Program-made: the position numbers and the translations under genes | Notes under the pieces: model-generated | The model's database searches: none | Seen by the model: the letters and a program-made list of their open reading frames with translations, nothing else | Told to the model about the DNA's origin: nothing | Assembly: GCA_016204255.1 (NCBI GenBank) | Contig: JACQLA010000006.1 | Coordinates: 3,038-67,037, forward strand | DNA: 64,000 nt | Direction of reading: 5' to 3' | Source of the DNA: Candidatus Microgenomates bacterium | GTDB taxonomy: Bacteria > Patescibacteriota > Microgenomatia > JACQLA01 | Shown: one piece after another, positions 46,528 through 52,956 of the stretch | Layout of the letters: each line of letters starts with the position of its first letter | Position numbering within the stretch: position 1 is the stretch's first letter

Positions 46528-47359
46528 TTAAATTTTTCTCAGTCGAAATCTCATCTTCAGTCACCTCTCCTGAATGTTCCAAAATAATAAGGGGTTCTTC
46601 TTTCAATTTTTTAATATGGGAAAACAGATCCAACAAATTAAGACTTTCGGTAATTGACCAGTGATCCCGGCCATTTTTAATGCCCGATAAATGCATCTCA
46701 TAGATTTTCCCGCCCAAAGAAAAAAAATCATTCGGTTCGGGATAATTTAAGGTCGCATGACTATAATCTAAAAGAATTCCAAGACCAGGAATTTCGCTTA
46801 AGAAATCTTTAAAATCAGCCGGGGTCTTTAAAAGCGGCGTTTCGCCGGTCTTACACCACATATTTTCTACCGCCACTCTTATTCCCTTTTCTTTTGCCCT
46901 TTTTACGACCTCGAGGAAAAAATCTTTAAGATTGTTTTTTGCCTCAGCTAAAGGTATTTCTTCAGCGGGTGCAAATTTTTTAAATCCCTTGATGTCTTTA
47001 AACTCTCCCTTAAATACATATTTCCGGTTGGTACCGCAATGAAAGGAACAGTTTTGCGGTTTTATGATTTTTGCCGCTGTAAACATTCCCTCGATAACTT
47101 TTTTATTCTTATCGGTTAATCCTTCTCCGGCATTGGAGGCAAAAGGTTGTCGAAATGGCGGAGGAAAATAACAATGCTGAGTAAAAATTGTTTCGGGAAA
47201 ATCTTGACGGATTCTCTTTAATGTCTCCCCGATGTTCTCTTCAAAATCGTGATTTGCACCAAGTTCAACAAGAGGAAAACCCAAATCGTGAGCTTTTTTA
47301 ACGCTTTCGTAAATTGAAAACCTCCGGGCGGCAAAATAGGAGGTGGAAATTCCCAGCAT
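46502..47359 (-). CDS. xylose-isomerase-like TIM-barrel protein (sugar phosphate isomerase/epimerase, AP_endonuc_2 fold)
   Basis: 285 aa. VELG.., VENM.. and ILLDYSHA, LEH-type metal-ligand blocks typical of the family. Confidence 0.6.
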   Translation of the reverse strand: MLGISTSYFAARRFSIYESVKKAHDLGFPLVELGANHDFEENIGETLKRIRQDFPETIFTQHCYFPPPFRQPFASNAGEGLTDKNKKVIEGMFTAAKIIKPQNCSFHCGTNRKYVFKGEFKDIKGFKKFAPAEEIPLAEAKNNLKDFFLEVVKRAKEKGIRVAVENMWCKTGETPLLKTPADFKDFLSEIPGLGILLDYSHATLNYPEPNDFFSLGGKIYEMHLSGIKNGRDHWSITESLNLLDLFSHIKKLKEEPLIILEHSGEVTEDEISTEKNLIEKALCKL

Positions 47360-47423
47360 TTATTAATTCTACGCCCAATTTCAATGGTTTTCAAGAAAAA
47401 TAACGGGAAATAGCAGACTATTA

Positions 47424-47432
47424 TGCTATAAT
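47424..47432 (+). promoter_or_regulatory. extended -10 promoter TGCTATAAT for paralog A
   Basis: Exact TGnTATAAT 28 nt upstream of the ATG at 47460, with SD AAGGAGA at 47442-47448. Confidence 0.5.
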
Positions 47433-47459
47433 ACCCAATCTAAGGAGACAATTTTTAGA

Positions 47460-47876
47460 ATGGTTATCGAAGCACCAAAAAGACATTTTAGGGAGTCTGC
47501 TCCCCGAGAAGAGCTGCGACAGCTCGATCGTCTTATTGGTCTTCAAGTTGCCCTCTTTAAACTTGAGTTCGAATACGGAGCCAGAGGAATTTTGCAAAAT
47601 AACCTGGCGCAGTTAGAATTTAAGCGGTTAAAAACCGCCCTGGTAAAATCTACTTTTGGGGTTTTTGGAGAAATCAAGGATCATGGCACACCCAGGATGA
47701 AAAAGCGGGCGCGGAAAAAAATAAGAAATTTTACTAGATACTTAAGCGGCGAAACAGAAATTGGCCGATTAAAAACCCATAATCTCCCCTTACTAAAGGA
47801 TGAGTTAGATACTTATATTAGCGCCCAAATCAATCCTGAAGATTACAGCTGGCTGGAAGACCGCGGTGGCGATTAG
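47460..47876 (+). CDS. hypothetical helical protein, paralog A
   Basis: 138 aa. Shares blocks with the next ORF: QLDRLIGLQVALFKL vs QFNRLMEFQVAFAQL, and STFGVFGEIKDHGTPRMKK..NFTRYLSGE vs STFRFFTDILEYGTEGMKE..NLTKYLEGK. Confidence 0.5.
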   Translation: MVIEAPKRHFRESAPREELRQLDRLIGLQVALFKLEFEYGARGILQNNLAQLEFKRLKTALVKSTFGVFGEIKDHGTPRMKKRARKKIRNFTRYLSGETEIGRLKTHNLPLLKDELDTYISAQINPEDYSWLEDRGGD

Positions 47877-47907
47877 TAAGCTTTATCAGCATGATATCAA
47901 ATCTATG

Positions 47908-47916
47908 TGCTATAAT
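47908..47916 (+). promoter_or_regulatory. extended -10 promoter TGCTATAAT for paralog B
   Basis: The same 9-mer as upstream of paralog A, 35 nt before the ATG at 47951. Confidence 0.5.
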
Positions 47917-47950
47917 AATTTTTATTAAGTTATTGAGAGGAATTTAAAGC

Positions 47951-48373
47951 ATGGCTGTTGAAGTCTACAGGTTAACTCCTCAAGAAAGAGCAGTAAACCA
48001 ATTTAATCGCCTCATGGAATTCCAGGTTGCCTTTGCCCAGCTTACCTCGAATAATGTTATCAGAAGATTGCTGGAAGACGAGAAAGGTAAACAGCAATTT
48101 GAGGCAACGCATACTCTTTTGACCTACTCCACTTTCAGATTTTTTACAGATATTTTAGAGTATGGAACTGAAGGAATGAAAGAAGATGCTCATAAAAAAT
48201 CAGAAAATTTAACTAAGTATCTTGAAGGGAAATTAAAACTGGAGGCTTTGGGTATAGACCGGGGCATAATTTCAAAAAGAGAAGAAGAATTGATAGACTT
48301 TATACAGTGTCAGATGGGCTTAGATTATCAGAGAGATTGGGTTGATCCCTTTACAAAGCCGCCCTTAAAATAA
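47951..48373 (+). CDS. hypothetical helical protein, paralog B
   Basis: 140 aa, tandem paralog of 47460-47876. Confidence 0.5.
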   Translation: MAVEVYRLTPQERAVNQFNRLMEFQVAFAQLTSNNVIRRLLEDEKGKQQFEATHTLLTYSTFRFFTDILEYGTEGMKEDAHKKSENLTKYLEGKLKLEALGIDRGIISKREEELIDFIQCQMGLDYQRDWVDPFTKPPLK

Positions 48374-48388
48374 GACTATTTCCGCGGA

Positions 48389-49747
48389 TTAACACTTATA
48401 CTCCGCTGAATTTTCACAGTTTGGACAATGAATTCTTCCGTCTTTAATGACCGCTTTTACTTTCTGATGGCAAAAGGGACACTCACACTCCAGTGTTTTT
48501 TCTGAAGAGTCTAGGGTTTCTGTATGTCTTGGAGTGATAGAATCTGTTAATTTCTTCCCACCACCCCCGGCGCAGCCAGGTAATTCGCTAACATGATCTA
48601 AAACCATTCCGTAAGAAACCGTTGAATCATAATCCAAATCATTTTCCCCCATACCATTTGATTCCTTTACTTTAATTAGCTTCTCCCCTCTTAGAAATTT
48701 AGCAATTTTCAAAATAGTCACAGCCAATGCCTGTTTTACTTCTTTTCTAGACCGCCTACTGGATAAAACATAATCCTCAAACTCTTCTACCATCTTCCCC
48801 GTCTGTTTATTGAATTGCCACAACTCCTCACGTCGATCTAAATCTTTATAAACCTCATCCCAACCGCGGTTTTTGTAGGCAAGATTAGAACCAGTAAGAT
48901 CATGACGGGTTTTTTCCATAACCTTTACCACTTCTCTTATTCCGAATCGCTCTTCAATGGGAATCACTCCAACAATTGATTCAACATAATCACAAACTGA
49001 AGCATCTTTCTCAAGATCAGTTCCTCCAAATGAAAGGCGTTTCAACATCTCCCGGTGCTCATTCTTTTTAAAATCCGTTCGGACAGTAAAACCAAAAACA
49101 TCGTCTCCTTTTTTTTGCCAAATATGAGTCTGGGAGTCGGGATAATTGATTAGTTCCCCATCGGTCCCTCTCATTCCGGTCCAACCATCGGGGCTAGTCA
49201 TAATCCAAACAGAATTATCGGGTTGGGAAATTAAAGCCGGCTCCACTTTTTCTTCAAGCGCTCTTTTAACCGAACCGTTTCTTTCTTCTGCAGAAACCGT
49301 ATCCACAACCAATTTATCGTAAAGAGGATCGACTAACCGCTTTCTCCCATTTACCAATTGAATTTTGTAATGGATTGGAAAAACTAAACCCTCAGCTAAA
49401 TATTCCAGGATAAAACCTTTAATATCGGTCTCCGTTCTTACCAAAGCCTTTTTCATTTTTTCCCGGCGTTGATCCTCACCGTCAGTTTTTTTTATATCTG
49501 AAAAAATTAATTTAATCTGGGTTTCGTTTTGGAACCCGGTTCCAGGAAGCTCATCCCAGTTATAAGGTAAACCTTCCTTGCGCCAATTTTTGCGGAAATA
49601 GTCGATCTCATGATCTAAGGGATTTTTATAAATTTCCTCTGCTTCAACCGAAGAAGTAACCGGTCTTGTAGCTCCATCTTTGGAACCATTAGGAATTCTT
49701 GTTGCTTGTTTTGAATAATCAGTTCTTTCTAAAAGAACGGGAGACAC
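48389..49747 (-). CDS. orphan protein with C-terminal 4-Cys zinc ribbon, riboswitch-controlled
   Basis: The ORF-track start is the ATG at 49771, but the strong SD GAGGAGG (49761-49755) lies downstream of it and 7 nt upstream of the GTG at 49747. Ends in CECPFC-x14-CPNC. No TM segment or known domain recognised. Confidence 0.55.
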   Translation of the reverse strand: MSPVLLERTDYSKQATRIPNGSKDGATRPVTSSVEAEEIYKNPLDHEIDYFRKNWRKEGLPYNWDELPGTGFQNETQIKLIFSDIKKTDGEDQRREKMKKALVRTETDIKGFILEYLAEGLVFPIHYKIQLVNGRKRLVDPLYDKLVVDTVSAEERNGSVKRALEEKVEPALISQPDNSVWIMTSPDGWTGMRGTDGELINYPDSQTHIWQKKGDDVFGFTVRTDFKKNEHREMLKRLSFGGTDLEKDASVCDYVESIVGVIPIEERFGIREVVKVMEKTRHDLTGSNLAYKNRGWDEVYKDLDRREELWQFNKQTGKMVEEFEDYVLSSRRSRKEVKQALAVTILKIAKFLRGEKLIKVKESNGMGENDLDYDSTVSYGMVLDHVSELPGCAGGGGKKLTDSITPRHTETLDSSEKTLECECPFCHQKVKAVIKDGRIHCPNCENSAEYKC

Positions 49748-49831
49748 TAAAAAACCTCCTCTTTGTCTCATCGAGAAGCGAGAAGGTTAAAAGTCCACAA
49801 AAAAACTTTTCACTTGCTCGAGAGACTTTAA

Positions 49832-49956
49832 CCTTAAGGATGGTTCCGGGCTTTCCGTCGTCTGGCGGATTTACCGTTGCGGCACAGCCTCCGATTTCCT
49901 CGCCTCGCCGAAGACTTTGGCGAAGGCGGGTCACGGAGTTCCCATAAACCTCAAGG
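49832..49956 (-). promoter_or_regulatory. candidate cobalamin riboswitch aptamer (expression platform extends to about 49748)
   Basis: Minus strand, in order: CCUUGAGG..AUGGGAA-CUCCG-UGAC[GC hairpin]AGGAAAU-CGGAG-GCUGUGCCGCAACGGUAAA-UCCG CCAGACGA CGGA-AAGCCCGGAACCAUCC-UUAAGG. The order and content resemble the cobalamin riboswitch core and B12 box as I recall them. Not verified with a covariance model. Confidence 0.6.
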
Positions 49957-49974
49957 ATATTTAAATTTAAATAA

Positions 49975-50003
49975 ATACTAAAGCTTCTATCCTATTTCGT
50001 CAA
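49975..50003 (-). promoter_or_regulatory. promoter TTGACG-17-TAGTAT upstream of the riboswitch leader
   Basis: On the minus strand the -35 is at 50003-49998 and the -10 at 49980-49975. Confidence 0.4.
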
Positions 50004-50038
50004 GATGGTAATAATACTTCCTGAGTTAACAAAGAATC

Positions 50039-50418
50039 GTCATTGCGATCCTCCGATTTAATCGGGGGAGAAGCAATCATGATAGGAATATTAAATTATC
50101 TGCGGGTATAAATCTTCAAATTCGGGATTAGTTTTCTCTATTAACCTTAATTTTTTATCTCTTGATCCTGCCTTAATTTGTTTTTCCCTTTTAATAGCCT
50201 CGCAAATATCATTAAAGATCTCATAATAAACAAGCTTGTTTAAGTGGTATTTTGCAGAAAATCCCTTTATCAATTTATTCTTGTGCTGATAAATCCGTTT
50301 CACTAAATCATTTGTAACGCCAACGTAAAGAACTCTATTAGTTATATTGGTTAATATATAAACATAGGAGTGTATAGCCATCACAAGATTGCTTCGTCGC
50401 TACGCTCCTCGCAATGAC
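50039..50418 (-). mobile_element. GIY-YIG gene cassette bounded by nested inverted repeats (putative small mobile/selfish element)
   Basis: Outer arms GTCATTGCGA (50039-48) and TCGCAATGAC (50409-18). Inner arms GAAGCAATC (50070-78) and GATTGCTTC (50387-95). All are perfect inverted repeats, and the ORF occupies the loop. Confidence 0.45.
50091..50384 (-). CDS. GIY-YIG nuclease-family protein (COG2827/URI type)
   Basis: 97 aa. YVYILTNITNRVLYVGVTNDLVKRIYQH is the GIY-x10-YIG module, with a downstream conserved Arg and Glu (REKQIK). Confidence 0.85.
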   Translation of the reverse strand: MMAIHSYVYILTNITNRVLYVGVTNDLVKRIYQHKNKLIKGFSAKYHLNKLVYYEIFNDICEAIKREKQIKAGSRDKKLRLIEKTNPEFEDLYPQII

Positions 50419-50437
50419 GCAGATAGTGCAAAAATCT

Positions 50438-50956
50438 TCACGGCCAGATTTTTTCTTCAAAACCTTCATTTTTATTAACCCAACGAGCTAAGGCAAATAA
50501 AAAATCGGAGAGGCGATTGAGATAGATAATTATTTCCGGGGCGATTTTTTCTTTTTGGGATAGAATTACAGCCTCTCTTTCGGCTCGGCGGCAGATCGAT
50601 CTTGAGAAGTGAAGCAAACTGCCCACCTTTCCGCCCTGAGGTAAAATAAAATTAACCAGAGGCGGTAAATCTTCCCAGATTTGATCGATTTCCTTTTCTA
50701 AAATTATCACCCGCTGTTCTAATTTCCCACCGACATTTCTATCTCCCAAGGCAATCTCTGAGCCGATTTCCATCAGATCTTCCTGAATTTCAGATAGAAT
50801 TTTTAGCTCGGAGGAAAAGGCAAGAACTACACCCAGACTGCTGCTTAGTTCATCCAAAACACCTAAAACAACGAGTCGAGGATGATTTTTCTCCACCTCC
50901 ATCCCGCAAACTGTCGTTTTCCCCTTATCTCCTTTTTTGGTATAAATTTTTGTCAT
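50438..50956 (-). CDS. pduO: ATP:cob(I)alamin adenosyltransferase, PduO type
   Basis: 172 aa. N-terminal IYTKKGDKGKTT and the helical bundle typical of the PduO/MMAB family. Confidence 0.9.
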   Translation of the reverse strand: MTKIYTKKGDKGKTTVCGMEVEKNHPRLVVLGVLDELSSSLGVVLAFSSELKILSEIQEDLMEIGSEIALGDRNVGGKLEQRVIILEKEIDQIWEDLPPLVNFILPQGGKVGSLLHFSRSICRRAEREAVILSQKEKIAPEIIIYLNRLSDFLFALARWVNKNEGFEEKIWP

Positions 50957-52812
50957 GATTTACAATAAGAGTATCCGCAATTTGGGCAGGTAAAGCAACC
51001 CTCTTTTTCCTCCATTTCCCCGCCGCATTCCGGACAAATCCCCCGCTCCTCCTCCACGATCTTTCGGCCATTTAAGGCGCCGACTGATAAAACTTGTTCT
51101 TTTCGACTTTTATCACGGTAAATGGTAATTCCCTTGCAGTTCGTTCTCCAAGCCAAAAGAAAAGCCTGTTTAACATCGTCAACAGTTGCCGAGGAAGGAA
51201 AATTAATAGTCTTAGAAACGGAGTTATCACAGTATTTTTGGCAGGCCGCCTGCATTTTAACATGATACTTCCAGGAAATATCATGTGCGGTAACAAAAAT
51301 GCGCTTAAACTCAGCCGGCAATTCTTTAACATTTTTAACCGTTCCTTCCTGGGCCACCTGCTCTAAAACCTTTTCCTTATTAATACTTCTTAAACCACTT
51401 AAGGCCTCTTCAAAAACCGAATCGACAATGGTCAAAGTCTGGCCACCTTTTTTATTGCGGGTTTCTTCAAAAAGCACCTGGCGTCGGGTCACCAAAGAAA
51501 AAACCGGTTCAATGCCTGAAGAGGTAGAAGCTAACATGGAAATGGTACCAGTCGGAGCGATGGTTAACATAGTTGCATTCCTTAATTGAGACCCATCTTT
51601 ATGGATTGATATGTCAAAATTAGGAAATACTCCTCGCTCTTTGGCTAAATTTGTCGAGGCCTGGCGGGCTTCCTTTTGGATAAAAGCCATTATTTTTTCT
51701 AAAAGTTTGACGGCTTCCTCCGAATCATAAGGAAGACCCATTTTATAAAGCAGATGGGCAAATCCCATAATCCCCAAGCCTATTTTGCGATTGCCGAATT
51801 TGACTATTTTTTCAATCTTTTCCAGGGGAAAAAGATTAACATCAATCATATTGTCCAGAAAATGGACGGTTATATGCACAGTTTTGCGTAATTTCGGCCA
51901 ATCAATTGTTTTTCCTTTTAAGTGGGTTGAAAGAATAATTGATCCCAAATTACAGGATTCATAAGGCAGAAGAGGCTGCTCGCCGCAAGGATTGGTAGCA
52001 TCCAAACGGCCCAAGGTCGGAGTGGGATTATCTTTTTCTAAGCGGTCCAAAAAAACCACGCCCGGATCAGCCGCTTCGTGGGCTTTTTTGGCAATAAGAT
52101 CAAGAATTTTGCGTGCCGAAATCTTTTGAACCACTTCCCCATTGCGGGGATTAATCAACTGCCAGCCCTTCCCTTTCTCCGCTGCCTCCATAAATTCATC
52201 TGTTACCCCCACTGAAATATTAAAATTTCTAATAACGCCGTCCTCACCTTTAAGATCTATGAAATCTAAGATATCGGGGTGATCACAATTTAAAATCGCC
52301 ATATTTCCTCCATGGCGCTTTGAACCTTGCAAAATCGCACCCAATGCACCATCATAAGCTCTTAAAAAATCAACCGGACCGGAGGCGGCTTCAGGAACAT
52401 TTTTGACCCGGTCGCCATGGGGGCGGATTTTGGAAAAGTTAAAACCCGTTCCCCCGTTATTTTTTTGAATTACGGCGGCTTCTCCCAAGGTGCCAAAGAT
52501 TGAGGCAATATTGTCTTCAATTGGTAACACAAAGCAAGAGGAGAGTTGCCCCAGACCATCGTTCCCCGCTTCAAAAAGAGCCCGGCCGGCAGGTAGAAAT
52601 AGAAGATTAATCATCAACTCGTAAAACTGACGAGCGGTTTTCTCCAGATTTAAATTATCGTAGACAGCATCTGCTTTGGCGACAGCTTTGGAAACGCGCC
52701 AAAACATTTCCCCGGGCGTCTCACACGGTTTACCTTTATGATCAAGTCGCAAATAGCGTTTTTGAACGATTTTTTGCGCATGAGAAGAAAGTTTTGGTTC
52801 AATTATTTTCAT
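50953..52812 (-). CDS. nrdJ: adenosylcobalamin-dependent (class II) ribonucleotide reductase, short paralog
   Basis: 619 aa. SSCFVLP, thiyl-radical loop NPCGEQPL, ESCNLGSI, and a C-terminal CPEC...CPNC ribbon. Confidence 0.9.
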   Translation of the reverse strand: MKIIEPKLSSHAQKIVQKRYLRLDHKGKPCETPGEMFWRVSKAVAKADAVYDNLNLEKTARQFYELMINLLFLPAGRALFEAGNDGLGQLSSCFVLPIEDNIASIFGTLGEAAVIQKNNGGTGFNFSKIRPHGDRVKNVPEAASGPVDFLRAYDGALGAILQGSKRHGGNMAILNCDHPDILDFIDLKGEDGVIRNFNISVGVTDEFMEAAEKGKGWQLINPRNGEVVQKISARKILDLIAKKAHEAADPGVVFLDRLEKDNPTPTLGRLDATNPCGEQPLLPYESCNLGSIILSTHLKGKTIDWPKLRKTVHITVHFLDNMIDVNLFPLEKIEKIVKFGNRKIGLGIMGFAHLLYKMGLPYDSEEAVKLLEKIMAFIQKEARQASTNLAKERGVFPNFDISIHKDGSQLRNATMLTIAPTGTISMLASTSSGIEPVFSLVTRRQVLFEETRNKKGGQTLTIVDSVFEEALSGLRSINKEKVLEQVAQEGTVKNVKELPAEFKRIFVTAHDISWKYHVKMQAACQKYCDNSVSKTINFPSSATVDDVKQAFLLAWRTNCKGITIYRDKSRKEQVLSVGALNGRKIVEEERGICPECGGEMEEKEGCFTCPNCGYSYCKS

Positions 52813-52956
52813 AGAATTTAAAATTCTAAACCCTAAACACTAAATTTTAAACAAATTCCAAATTCAAATGTTCCAAATTCTAAACTATTTTGAATTTTTG
52901 GATTTTAATCATTCAGGTTTATTTAGGATTTCGGATTTCGAATTTAGGATTTATTC

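Noticed and set aside
52826-52842. AAACCCTAAACACTAAA resembling the CCCTAAA telomere repeat
   Set aside because: It is a single copy inside an AT-rich bacterial intercistronic spacer, with no tandem array. Coincidental.
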